DNA from: Dehalococcoidia bacterium
Lineage (GTDB): Bacteria; Chloroflexota; Dehalococcoidia; GIF9; AB-539-J10
Direction: 5' to 3'
Assembly: GCA_046497565.1 (NCBI GenBank)
Contig: JAWOFK010000057.1
Span: forward strand, 2,096-66,095
DNA: 64,000 bases
Shown: piece after piece, positions 1-8,665 of the stretch
Position numbering within the stretch: the stretch's first letter is position 1
Layout of the letters: every line of letters starts with the position of its first letter
Translations under genes and position numbers: made by a program
The notes under the pieces: model-generated
The model's database searches: none
What the model was told of the DNA's origin: nothing
The model's input: the letters and a program-made list of their open reading frames with translations, nothing else

Positions 1-2539
1 CATGGACGTCGAGGTACAAGGTGCCGGCCGCAAGCCCGGAGCTTACACCCGTGGGATTGCCAACATATTCAGCAACGGTAACCGCGGTAGTGTCGTCCCC
101 TCCGGTGACATTGGCTGACACATTGTCAGTCTGGGCAGATGCATCCTCACCATAGCCCCTGTCTGCCGTGCAGCCGGTAGGTTGGTTGGTCATTGCCGCC
201 CCAAGCCAGGGGGTGAAATCCACATTGTCGCTGACTTCGTCGCCTGTGCCATCGGGATTCGTAGCATGAGTCGGCCCACTGGCGTGGCCCCACCAGTTGT
301 GGGTGGCGTCTACTGGTTCATCACTACTGTTAACCAAGACGCCGTAGGGGTCGTTCTCAAAGATATTGTTGAAGCTGATATCAAGAGCACTGCCATAGAT
401 GTCGTTGAGGCCAATCCCGTAGCGGTTCTCGTTGATGACGTTGCCCAGGATGTTGAGGGTGCTTTCGTAAACATGTCCGACATATATACCGTCGCGATCC
501 TGGCCCTCGTGGTGAAGGTGGCCGGTGACCGTATTGTGAGTGATGGTGACGGTGCACGGAGCCAGGCTGATACTGGAGATGTGGATACCTGTGCCAAGGT
601 TATCGGTTATGGTGTTGTACTCGATGATGAGTGTGCTATCAATAACATGGCCGGCATAGATACCCGCACCGGCGTTACCGGTGATGATATTGCGTGCGAT
701 AGTGACGGTGCGCGGAGCATGGCCGATGTAGCCGATATAGATACCTGCGCCATTGTTATCCGTCATGGTGTTGTACTCGATGGTAACATCGCTGTCGCGG
801 ATCGATCCGACGTGGACACCAGTTGCGTTCGAAACACGGCAGTTACGGGAAATCGTGTTTGCCGCAGCCTCCGTATCGCCACCGATGGTGACGGTGCTGT
901 CAAGAATCTCGTCGATGTAGATTCCTGGACCTTCATTGCCCTCATCCTCCTCGTCGCCACCTATGGTGTTGCCTGCCATCTCAACGATACTACTTTGCTG
1001 GACATACTGAATGTAGATGCCTCTCTGGCCGTTGTCCTGGATACGATTGTCCTCGATGACCAGGGTGCTGGCCGAGACGGTGGTGACATGGATGCCACTG
1101 TCCGTGTTACCTGTGATGGTGTTGCCTGCGATGGTGACCGTCTTCGGGCCATCATCGATACGCCAGATGTAGATTCCATGGCCTCCATTGTCTGTGATCT
1201 GGTTGCGCTCGACGTTAACAGTGCTCTCCGAAATGTAGTGCAGATGTACGCCGTGACCGGGGTTGTTAGTGATCACGTTGTGCTCGATGGTAACCGTGCT
1301 GCCGCCCTCGATCGTCGCCGCCTCGCTGCGGATGCCGGCGTCCTCGCCGGTGATGATATTGTGGCTGACGGTCACCTCGCTTCCGTTATCGACGGACAGC
1401 AGTATGCCGGAATCAGGGATCGGGTTACCCCGATCAACCGTGAAGCCGGCGCCCTCCTCACCGCCGAAGACCACCGTCTGCCCGTCATCAAGGTCTATGG
1501 TGACCAGGCCGGTGATAGTGGTGTCATCCGCACCATCCGTGGACCGGAGGGTGAGAGACCTGGTAATGGTAACGTTCTCGGTGTATGTCCCGGCCTTGAC
1601 ATTCACGGTCCCGTCCACAGCCACGACGGTGATGCCGTGCTGGATGGTCTTAAACGGATCGTCAAAGGTCCCCGGGTTGCCGTCGTCGCCGTGGGTGTCG
1701 CAGACCCAGACTTGCGCGGGTCGCTCCCATCCCAGCCACTTCTCCCCGAGATACCATTCCATATCTACCCTTTCCTGCGTGGTAAGGGTACGGTCATAGA
1801 TGAGGATTTCGGCAATGTCGCCACCCCAATACTGTGAACGTGCTTGTGCCCCATTCATCCCACTGCCAATTATGAGGCCAGTAGCTGCAGCCATGGTACC
1901 AGTCTTTGTATCCTGCGCTACACCATCAACATAAGGTGCCGCTGTAGCGCCGTCATTCACCACAGCCAACAATCGTGCTGTGAGAACGGATTCGCCGGGA
2001 GTATTAGCGGCTATGTCACTCCATGCACTGCCATTACCGAAGAAGGTGGCGAAATCGTCGGACCTACTGCCGAAAAAGCCATGGAAATCGCTTGTCGCAC
2101 TCAACTGGATCAGTCGTGAGTGTTGATTGCTATCACCTGCACCTGCGGTATTGAGACCGACCGCAAAGATGGTCAGGGGTGTGGTATATGACCCGGAGTC
2201 CTCTACCAGATAGTCTGAACCATCAAACCTGACGACGGGCTTGCCTGCTAACGCATCCTCTACCCACTCAGGCTGATCCGCGGGTGTTCCCTGCGTGGCG
2301 TCATTGCCTTCACCCGACAGGTCGGGCCACGTGGCGACAGGATCACCGTCGCTCAACCCCGTGATAGCATCAGCGTCAAGGTGAAGGACTAGACCACTGG
2401 CAACAGGCGGCCCGTTGGCCGCAGCCACCGGTGTCCCCATCACCAGTCCCAAGCTCAGAACCAGCGCCAGGGCAACCAGGATTGCCGCGCTCCGCTCGCA
2501 ACGACGGATTGGGCTGGTATACCGTTTTGTCTTATTCAT
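1..2539 (-). CDS. secreted LamG-like / right-handed parallel beta-helix (PbH1) repeat protein; 3' end lies beyond window start
   Basis: Absent from the ORF track because it runs off the edge. The reverse complement from ATG 2539-2537 (GGAGGA at 2545-2550) reads MNKTKRYTSPIRRCERSAAILVALALVLSLGLVMGTPVAAA, a signal peptide. A LamG-type module follows, ending GGDIAEILIYDRTLTTQERVDMEWYLGEKW. Then come DPFKTIQHGI..DGTVNVKAGTYTENVTI and more than 12 repeats of ~22 aa (ITGNTDSGIHV, IQDNGQRGIYI, ITGNAGAGIYA). The frame stays open to nt 1. Confidence 0.85.
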   Translation of the reverse strand, partial: MNKTKRYTSPIRRCERSAAILVALALVLSLGLVMGTPVAAANGPPVASGLVLHLDADAITGLSDGDPVATWPDLSGEGNDATQGTPADQPEWVEDALAGKPVVRFDGSDYLVEDSGSYTTPLTIFAVGLNTAGAGDSNQHSRLIQLSATSDFHGFFGSRSDDFATFFGNGSAWSDIAANTPGESVLTARLLAVVNDGATAAPYVDGVAQDTKTGTMAAATGLIIGSGMNGAQARSQYWGGDIAEILIYDRTLTTQERVDMEWYLGEKWLGWERPAQVWVCDTHGDDGNPGTFDDPFKTIQHGITVVAVDGTVNVKAGTYTENVTITRSLTLRSTDGADDTTITGLVTIDLDDGQTVVFGGEEGAGFTVDRGNPIPDSGILLSVDNGSEVTVSHNIITGEDAGIRSEAATIEGGSTVTIEHNVITNNPGHGVHLHYISESTVNVERNQITDNGGHGIYIWRIDDGPKTVTIAGNTITGNTDSGIHVTTVSASTLVIEDNRIQDNGQRGIYIQYVQQSSIVEMAGNTIGGDEEDEGNEGPGIYIDEILDSTVTIGGDTEAAANTISRNCRVSNATGVHVGSIRDSDVTIEYNTMTDNNGAGIYIGYIGHAPRTVTIARNIITGNAGAGIYAGHVIDSTLIIEYNTITDNLGTGIHISSISLAPCTVTITHNTVTGHLHHEGQDRDGIYVGHVYESTLNILGNVINENRYGIGLNDIYGSALDISFNNIFENDPYGVLVNSSDEPVDATHNWWGHASGPTHATNPDGTGDEVSDNVDFTPWLGAAMTNQPTGCTADRGYGEDASAQTDNVSANVTGGDDTTAVTVAEYVGNPTGVSSGLAAGTLYLDVH
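2479..2505. repeat. REP-like family 1 unit (inverse orientation) inside the 5' end of the beta-helix gene
   Basis: GGATTGCCGCGCTCCGCTCGCAACGAC has the same ends (GATTGCC...CTCGCAAyGAC) as the units at 4867, 10770 and 63011. Confidence 0.7.
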
Positions 2540-2700
2540 GTTTTCCTCCTTTATTTTTCTCTTGTCAAGAGCTCAACTTAATTGTGACTCCGGCCCAAAG
2601 TCGACGGCTCCAGGCTCGAGTCATCGCAAACATCTTTGTTCAGTAAACCTTGTGTTAAGCCTGCCTCATTTCAGGCTGCCCTTCTTCATAGTTTCTCGCT

Positions 2701-2828
2701 GTCATTGCGAGCACTTGAATTACTGCATCCCCTGTCGTTGCGAGTCCCGGTTTATCGGGACGCGGCAATCTCCGGGATTCCGGAGCCTGTTCCGAGTAAA
2801 ACGAGGAACCTCAGCTCCTCGCAATGAC
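2701..2828. repeat. cluster of REP-like family 1 units
   Basis: GTCATTGCGAGC starts at 2701. A full unit GTCGTTGCGAG-TCCCGGTTTATCGGGA-CGCGGCAATCTC spans 2734-2772. The inverse half CTCGCAATGAC spans 2818-2828. Confidence 0.8.
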
Positions 2829-2935
2829 GAAAAACAATACAGCTTTTGCCCGGGCCAGGCATTGTTCTCTGCCCCTCGGCGAATTCTTGATCGACGTTCA
2901 TAACTCCCCCCGATTGCATCGGGGTGGGACCCTAA

Positions 2936-2958
2936 CCCCCTCTTACCTTAAGAGGGGG
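2936..2958. repeat. GC-rich hairpin (family 2, C-run/G-run type)
   Basis: CCCCCTCTTA-cct-TAAGAGGGGG forms a perfect 10-bp stem with a 3-nt loop. Hairpins of the same style occur at 52779-52814 and 63162-63182. Confidence 0.7.
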
Positions 2959-3105
2959 AGTTCAGGGGAACAGCAAGAATCCGCTCCGGGAATCTCACAT
3001 AGGCATTACCTCCTGTCCATTTTCAGGCTGTTTAACGCTGATTCTCAGTTCAATCTAGGGCGTTCTCCAACACTTCCACGATAATTACTCCAGCCCTTCG
3101 TATAA

Positions 3106-3114
3106 TGCTATAAT
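3106..3114 (+). promoter_or_regulatory. extended -10 element TGcTATAAT (a second TATAAT sits at 3101-3106)
   Basis: The sequence cgTATAATGCTATAATtc contains the same TGcTATAAT nonamer seen upstream of the ATPase operon and of the activase gene. No downstream target is proven. Confidence 0.3.
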
Positions 3115-3162
3115 TCATATTCGTATTTGTCAATAGGTCAGGAGTTTGCACGAATTTCGGTG

Positions 3163-3200
3163 GTCATTCCCAGTCCCGACTTGTGGGGACTGGCAATGAC
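3163..3200. repeat. REP-like family 1 variant, self-palindromic
   Basis: GTCATTCCCAGTCCCGACTTGTGGGGACTGGCAATGAC. The ends GTCATT/AATGAC are inverted. The core CCCGACTTGTGGGG resembles the core of the 63011 unit. Confidence 0.75.
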
Positions 3201-3255
3201 GTGTAGAGACGGGGGCAGTCGTTGATGGCACTTACTTTTTGGGGCCGTCTTCCTT

Positions 3256-3261
3256 TATAAT
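3256..3261 (+). promoter_or_regulatory. -10 box TATAAT 9 nt upstream of the ATG at 3271
   Basis: The sequence is ccttTATAATagtgcggagATG. A possible -35 TTACTT lies at 3232-3237 with an 18-nt spacer. This implies a very short leader or none. Confidence 0.35.
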
Positions 3262-3270
3262 AGTGCGGAG

Positions 3271-4821
3271 ATGAAATTGCTGCCCAGACTGGCTATTGTT
3301 GTGGGCCTCTGCCTTACGGCCGTGGCCCTGCCGGCTGTGCCGGTGCAGGCCGACGAAGAACCACCTCCGCCTTCTATCACCCTTGCCCCCTCCTCGGGAG
3401 TGGTCGGTACAGAGGTTACCGTCCGCGGCTATAATTTTGAGCCCGATGAGTGGGCCGACATTTACTATGCCGGGACCTGGATGACCGAAGCCCACACCAC
3501 TGGTGCAGAGACAAGTTTCACGGCGACCTTCTTCGTTCCCGAGAGCTACAGGGGAATCCATCAGGTGCTCGCTGAGGTAGGAGATGATACAGCAGACGCT
3601 TACTTCACGGTCTGGCCGGGGCTGACGGTCAGTCCCGAGGAGGGCCCCGTAGGCGGCACGGTTATCGTGACAGGCCGCGGGTTTGCCAGGGATGAAACGG
3701 GCATCGAGCTGAGGTATTACCTTAATGGCACCTATGAAGCGGTGGCCGATAATATCACGGCGGGCGCCGCAGGGGGGTGGGAGGAGAGCTTTGAGATTCC
3801 CCCTTCCACGAAAGGAAGTCATAAGATAGATGCCCGGGGCGACGATAGCAGCCTTGCCGCGGTCAGGCATACCACCTTTATGGTAACCCCGGGGATAAGA
3901 ACAGACGAATTATCGGGCAGCCCGGGAGAAAGCATAGCGATGACGGGCAGCGGATTTACCGCGAATGAGAGGAATATCAGGATACTGTTTGACGGAGAGG
4001 CGGTGGTCGAGGACATCTGGGCGGACGACAAAGGGTACTGGCAGGAACCCTTCGAGGTGCCCGAGAGGCCGGGAGGCAACTATAGCGTCACCGCCGAGGG
4101 AGACTGGACTAAAGAAGCAGACTTAGACGAGATCAGCTTCGAGCTAAGGCCCGGCATTGTGCTGTATCCCGACGAAGGGCATGTGGGCATGAACCTGACC
4201 GTTACCGGCGGCGGGTTTGCCCCCAACGAAGGTGTGGTCATCATGTACGAGGGCCATGAGGAAGCGACGGCTACGACTGATGACAAAGGCAGCTTCGAGG
4301 TAACTTTTCCTGTGCCCGAGAGCAGACATGGCAAGCGCGACGTGACGGCCGAGGATGGTCAGGCGAACGAGGCCGCCGCCGACTTCACCATGGAGTCACA
4401 CCCTCCCCCCACCCCGGAACTCATTTCCCCGCCCGACGGGGGCAGGGCGGGATTCGTGGGCAGGGTGAGGCCGAGGTTTGAGTGGTCCGAGGTGGAGGAC
4501 CCCAGCGGAGTCTACTATAATCTGCAAATAGCAACCAGTGCCAATGTCACGGACACCGGGGAATTCGTTGACCCCATAGTGACGAAGGAGGGACTGGTGG
4601 GAGCGAACTACACCCTGGAGAAACCAGTGAGCTATGGCACCTACTACTGGATGGTGCAGGCCGTGGATGGGGCGGAGAACGAGAGCGGCTGGAGCGAAGT
4701 CTATTGCTTCCAGGCCGGACTCTTGCCTCTGTGGGCATTCATTGTTATCATGGTCCTTGTAGTATCGGGCGGCGGTGGCGCCGCTTACATCCATCTGAAA
4801 AGAAAAAAATTGTATGATTGA
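3271..4821 (+). CDS. membrane-anchored cell-surface protein with four tandem Ig-like repeats
   Basis: The signal peptide is MKLLPRLAIVVGLCLTAVALPAVPVQA. Four ~90-aa repeats each carry G..V.V.G.GF..(D/N)E (GTEVTVRGYNFEPDE, GGTVIVTGRGFARDE, GESIAMTGSGFTANE, GMNLTVTGGGFAPNE). An FN3-like module follows (YYWMVQAVDGAENESGWS). The C-terminal TM segment is LLPLWAFIVIMVLVV, followed by KRKK. Confidence 0.85.
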   Translation: MKLLPRLAIVVGLCLTAVALPAVPVQADEEPPPPSITLAPSSGVVGTEVTVRGYNFEPDEWADIYYAGTWMTEAHTTGAETSFTATFFVPESYRGIHQVLAEVGDDTADAYFTVWPGLTVSPEEGPVGGTVIVTGRGFARDETGIELRYYLNGTYEAVADNITAGAAGGWEESFEIPPSTKGSHKIDARGDDSSLAAVRHTTFMVTPGIRTDELSGSPGESIAMTGSGFTANERNIRILFDGEAVVEDIWADDKGYWQEPFEVPERPGGNYSVTAEGDWTKEADLDEISFELRPGIVLYPDEGHVGMNLTVTGGGFAPNEGVVIMYEGHEEATATTDDKGSFEVTFPVPESRHGKRDVTAEDGQANEAAADFTMESHPPPTPELISPPDGGRAGFVGRVRPRFEWSEVEDPSGVYYNLQIATSANVTDTGEFVDPIVTKEGLVGANYTLEKPVSYGTYYWMVQAVDGAENESGWSEVYCFQAGLLPLWAFIVIMVLVVSGGGGAAYIHLKRKKLYD

Positions 4822-4866
4822 GGGAGGGTCATTGGCAGGAGGCGCCGGGAGACAAGCCCATTCCGC

Positions 4867-4952
4867 GAGATTGCCGCGCTCCGCATGCGCTGCGCTCGCA
4901 ATGACACACTGGTTTGTCATTGCGAGTCCCGATTCATTGACACGAATGAATC
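4867..4952. repeat. pair of REP-like family 1 units (inverse then forward)
   Basis: GAGATTGCCGCG-CTCCGCATGCGCTGCG-CTCGCAATGAC spans 4867-4905. GTCATTGCGAG-TCCC-GATTCATTgacacgAATGAATC spans 4916-4952. Confidence 0.8.
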
Positions 4953-5001
4953 CAGACTAAACGAATAAGAAGGAAACAGGGCACAAAAGAAGGAGGGAAA
5001 A

Positions 5002-6180
5002 ATGAAGCTAACAGTTATCGGGCTGGGACAATGTGGAAGCCGGATTGCCGACCATTTTGCCAGGATGAATTTCAAGGCGCGCACTCAGCGCAAGGCAACC
5101 ATAGCCCCCACGGTTATTGCCGTGAATACGGACCAGGCGGACCTGACGGGGCTGAGGTTCATCAAGGACGACTTCCAGCACCGGGTGCTCCTCGGCTTGC
5201 GCCAGACACTGGGCCACGGGGTAGGCAAGATAAATGAACTGGGGGCACAACTGGCCAAGGAGGACGGCGATAAGGTGCTGGACGCCGTGAAAGCCAGCCC
5301 GCAGTTTTACGAGACACATGCCTTTCTTGTGGTGGCTGGCGCCGCCGGCGGCACGGGCTCAGGAGCTTTGCCCATCATATGCAGGGCGATTAAGGAGCGC
5401 TACATCAGCAAGCCGGTCTACGCCCTGGCAGTCCTGCCTTTCGAGCATGAGCAGACCACGGAGTCCAGAAGCGTATTCAACACCGCTACCTGCCTGAAAT
5501 CCACCTACGATATAGTGGATGCCGTCTTTCTGGCCGATAACCAGAGGTATCTCAGAAAAGACGCCAGTCTCGTCAGCAACATAGATACAATCAACAGGAT
5601 GATCGTGGAGCCTTTCTACGACTTGATGTGCGCCGGGGAAGTAACGAAGGCCAAATATGTGGGTGCCCGGACCATAGACGCCGGGGACATAATCGCCAGC
5701 CTGGAGGGATGGACCACTATCGGCCTGGGTAGACATGAGCTTCCTTCATTCCGCTTCCCCTGGGAGATAAGGAAGAGGAGTTTCCGCGAAAAAGCGCTGG
5801 AGAGCTTCCGGGGGACACAGGCGTTAGACGCCACCATCTCCGACCTTTCCCTCACCTGTAGCCCCAAAGATGCCGGCAAAGCCATATATATCCTGTCCGG
5901 TCCGGAAAGAGAGCTGAACATGGACATGGTCAAGAGCGTTGCCGATTACGTCAAGGAGCTGGCAGCCAATGCCTTGATTCGAGGCGGCGACTTCCCCGGG
6001 GAAAAGCACTACATCGACGTTACCCTGATTCTGTCACAGTTGTCCTTTGTGCCCAGGATAAAAGACTTCTACGAGGCAGCCACGCAGTATGCTCAAGAGC
6101 ATCAGGGGCAGATAGAGGAAACCAAGAAGAGGATTGAGTCCCTGGCCGAGTTCAGCAAGGACCTGCCCACGCTGGAATGA
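5002..6180 (+). CDS. tubulin/FtsZ-superfamily GTPase, CetZ-like
   Basis: An AGGAGGG SD precedes the ATG. Motifs in order are MKLTVIGLGQCG, AVNTDQADL, GHGVG, the tubulin-type G box AGGTGSG (res 115-121, nt 5344-5364) and PVYALAVLP. No division or cell-wall genes are adjacent. Confidence 0.8.
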   Translation: MKLTVIGLGQCGSRIADHFARMNFKARTQRKATIAPTVIAVNTDQADLTGLRFIKDDFQHRVLLGLRQTLGHGVGKINELGAQLAKEDGDKVLDAVKASPQFYETHAFLVVAGAAGGTGSGALPIICRAIKERYISKPVYALAVLPFEHEQTTESRSVFNTATCLKSTYDIVDAVFLADNQRYLRKDASLVSNIDTINRMIVEPFYDLMCAGEVTKAKYVGARTIDAGDIIASLEGWTTIGLGRHELPSFRFPWEIRKRSFREKALESFRGTQALDATISDLSLTCSPKDAGKAIYILSGPERELNMDMVKSVADYVKELAANALIRGGDFPGEKHYIDVTLILSQLSFVPRIKDFYEAATQYAQEHQGQIEETKKRIESLAEFSKDLPTLE

Positions 6181-6199
6181 GACATGGAAAACCCTAAAT

Positions 6200-6252
6200 G
6201 CAAAGGTCAAAATCAAAACGACAACCCGAAACGCAGAGTTTTTGACCTTTGC
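6200..6252. terminator. long hairpin between convergent genes (candidate bidirectional terminator)
   Basis: GCAAAGGTCAAAA (6200-6212) pairs perfectly with TTTTGACCTTTGC (6240-6252), giving a 13-bp stem and 27-nt loop. T-rich sequence lies around it. Confidence 0.4.
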
Positions 6253-6310
6253 TCCGTCATTTTGCACTTCTGTTTTTGCGAGAACCAGTTTCATCCCCGC
6301 CGGGAGGGAC

Positions 6311-6736
6311 CTATTCATTGGCTACCTTTATGCCCACCCCGATCCCCAGGGGCACAGCGACCTCGGTCAACACCTTCTGGACGGCTTCCCCGAGAGACTT
6401 CTTCTGCTCTCTGGTGATTTGATATTGGGTTTTTAACAGCCGGGCTATGATATTGGCTGCCTCGAACTGCCGGTCGATTCGCTCCGGCTCCTCTCGCACC
6501 AGCTTCCTGAACTTGACTCTGAGCAGAGCGATTTCCTCATCCAGCCCCTCGACATTAGAAGCTTCCTCAAGCTCAAGTTGTTCTACTACGTCCAGAGCAC
6601 AGCTGTAAAAACCACGCCCACTATCCTTTCCTTTGCTTCTTTCTATTGCTGCCATGAGAGTTACGAGTCCTCCGACTACGCCGCGGACTCCCAATGGAGT
6701 ATGACCTATGAGGGGAAGGAGAACCGGCAGAGCCAT
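6311..6736 (-). CDS. hypothetical protein
   Basis: This is the only long ORF in the gap. It has a charged helical middle (LDEEIALLRVKFRKLVREEPERIDRQFEAANIIARLL). No family was recognised. An internal ATG at 6655 has a better SD (GGAGGA), so the start is uncertain. Confidence 0.4.
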   Translation of the reverse strand: MALPVLLPLIGHTPLGVRGVVGGLVTLMAAIERSKGKDSGRGFYSCALDVVEQLELEEASNVEGLDEEIALLRVKFRKLVREEPERIDRQFEAANIIARLLKTQYQITREQKKSLGEAVQKVLTEVAVPLGIGVGIKVANE

Positions 6737-6898
6737 CTACACACGTGGTCTTACAATACCGGGCCTGAGCCTTGAGCAAGCCATAGACGAGGACATGGGC
6801 TGCCAGGTTGTAATCCTGCCTTTGAAGAGCTACCGACAATAGTTTCACCAGCCCAATATAGCACAAGTGTTCTAGAAAAGCAAAGGGGTTTTGTCTCT

Positions 6899-7894
6899 TC
6901 AGAAGGCAACCTGGAGAAGTGATGCTATGACCCAGCCGAGAGCGCCACAGACCGGGAAGGTCAGAATCCAGGCCAGCACGATATTTCTGGTTACTCCCCA
7001 CCTTACGGCGGAAAGGCGTCTGGTGGCACCCACCCCCATTACGGCTGCCGTGGTACAATGAGTGGTGCTTACGGGAATACCCAGGCGTGAAGCTGTCTCA
7101 ATGACCATCGCCGCTGAAGCATCGGTGGCAAAACCATGGATGGGCTGCAGGGCAGTGATTCTTACCCCCACAGTCTTGATAACCCGCCAACCGCCGATAG
7201 CGGTGCCCGAGCTAATAGCCAGAGCGGATACGATTATTACCCACCAGGGAATACTTTCCCAGAGCTCCAGTCGCCCGGTATAAATCACCAGTGCCATAGT
7301 GATGACGCCGATGGGCATCTGCCCATCATTCTTGCCGTGGCTATAAGCGAGGAAGGCGGTAGTAAGCCACTGTAGACGGCTGAAGACAACCCTCATCCTG
7401 GCTGGAGCGCTGCGGCGGGATGCCCAGAGCAGGACAACCATAAGTGCAAAGCCGCCCATGAAACCCAGGGCAGGAGCGCTAACCACTGACGCCCCAATTT
7501 GTTTCAGGGCACTCCACATCACAGCATTCACACCCGCCACCACTATCCCCGCCGCTGCCAGCCCGGTGACGAAGCTATGAGTTATGCTCACGGGCAGCCC
7601 CAAACGCGTAGCTATAGTTCCCCAGATGATAACCGTGCCCAAGGCAGCAAATACTGCCAGATATGAGATTGTTTCGGGGTCCAGAATTCCCTTGCCGATT
7701 GTTCTGGCAACCTCGAGGCCAGTAGCAGCGCCTGCGAAGTTACAAAAGGCAGCCAGTATGATGGCGTTTCGAGGTGAAAGAGCCCGGGAGCCAATGGAAG
7801 CAGCGACAGCATTGGCAGCATCGTTGAAACCGTTAACCACACCAAATCCGATGGCTGCCGCAACTACCAGAACCAGCAGCGCGAGTTCAGGCAT
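6899..7894 (-). CDS. pit: inorganic phosphate transporter, PiT family
   Basis: It is polytopic with duplicated PiT signatures: NGFNDAANAVAASIGSRAL near the N-terminus and HGKNDGQ in the second half. Confidence 0.9.
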   Translation of the reverse strand: MPELALLVLVVAAAIGFGVVNGFNDAANAVAASIGSRALSPRNAIILAAFCNFAGAATGLEVARTIGKGILDPETISYLAVFAALGTVIIWGTIATRLGLPVSITHSFVTGLAAAGIVVAGVNAVMWSALKQIGASVVSAPALGFMGGFALMVVLLWASRRSAPARMRVVFSRLQWLTTAFLAYSHGKNDGQMPIGVITMALVIYTGRLELWESIPWWVIIVSALAISSGTAIGGWRVIKTVGVRITALQPIHGFATDASAAMVIETASRLGIPVSTTHCTTAAVMGVGATRRLSAVRWGVTRNIVLAWILTFPVCGALGWVIASLLQVAF

Positions 7895-8519
7895 GCTTCA
7901 ATACTATACCCTCAAGGACATTGGCGACGTCTTCGCCCCGGTCGGTGGCGCTTTCCAGGTGCTCATAGATTTCACGCCACTTGATTACCTCACAGGCATC
8001 CATGTGACAGACCTCGAACAACTCAGCCAGAGCGGCATGCAGCACGTCGTCAGCCTCGTTTTCCAGGCTGTTAATCTCCACACACTGCTTGAGGACCCAT
8101 GGAAAATGGTCACGGTGGCGCAGACGAGGCACCGCCTCGTTCAACCTGTGAGTAACCCTGGCTACGATTCGGGCTAGCTGCCGGGCCCGTTCCGTGGGCT
8201 GGATAATACGATAAAGGTGGGCTGTTCTGCCCGCAGCCTCAATGAAGTCCATTACATCATCCAGGCTATGGGCCAGGAGAGTAATATCCTCTCTGTCGAT
8301 GGGGGTAACAAAGGTGCGGTGTACCCGCTGTATTATCTCATGGGTTATGACATCGCCCTGGTGCTCAAAATCCTTGAGTTGCTTTGCTTTGGCTTCCACA
8401 TCTTCATAATTGTCAAAAAGGTCAACCAGCTTTTCTGCGGCAACCACCAGATTGCTCGTATCCTGTTCGAACAGGTCATAAAACTCCGTATCTCTGGGGG
8501 TGAAGGGAAATCTAGGCAA
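7887..8519 (-). CDS. DUF47 (PhoU-like) protein, Pit accessory
   Basis: The sequence FTPRDTEFYDLFEQ...HQGDVITHEII...TPIDREDI fits DUF47. It overlaps pit by 8 nt, the classic DUF47-PiT pairing. Confidence 0.85.
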   Translation of the reverse strand: MPRFPFTPRDTEFYDLFEQDTSNLVVAAEKLVDLFDNYEDVEAKAKQLKDFEHQGDVITHEIIQRVHRTFVTPIDREDITLLAHSLDDVMDFIEAAGRTAHLYRIIQPTERARQLARIVARVTHRLNEAVPRLRHRDHFPWVLKQCVEINSLENEADDVLHAALAELFEVCHMDACEVIKWREIYEHLESATDRGEDVANVLEGIVLKHA

Positions 8520-8665
8520 CGTGTACCTCCGTCAATAGACACTTCCCGTCCGAAGTTCTCTTCGGCTGCGCCACGTATTATAACACACCACAGGAAATCG
8601 CCACCATGCGCTGCACTCGGCAGTACCTCACTGACACATATTTTTGTCATTGCAACGTTGAACAG

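Noticed and set aside
182-1837. 551-aa plus-strand ORF, the longest listed ORF in the first 2.5 kb
   Set aside because: It is a Val/Asp/Gly-rich low-complexity translation with no recognisable domain. It lies antisense to a clearly real beta-helix repeat gene that is open from 2539 to nt 1, so it is a shadow ORF.
2415-3084. Four overlapping small plus-strand ORFs (162, 71, 63 and 86 aa)
   Set aside because: Their sequences are translations of REP-like and GC-hairpin repeats (ARNDG, HCEH, CRCESRFIGTRQSP). They have no SD and no coding periodicity.
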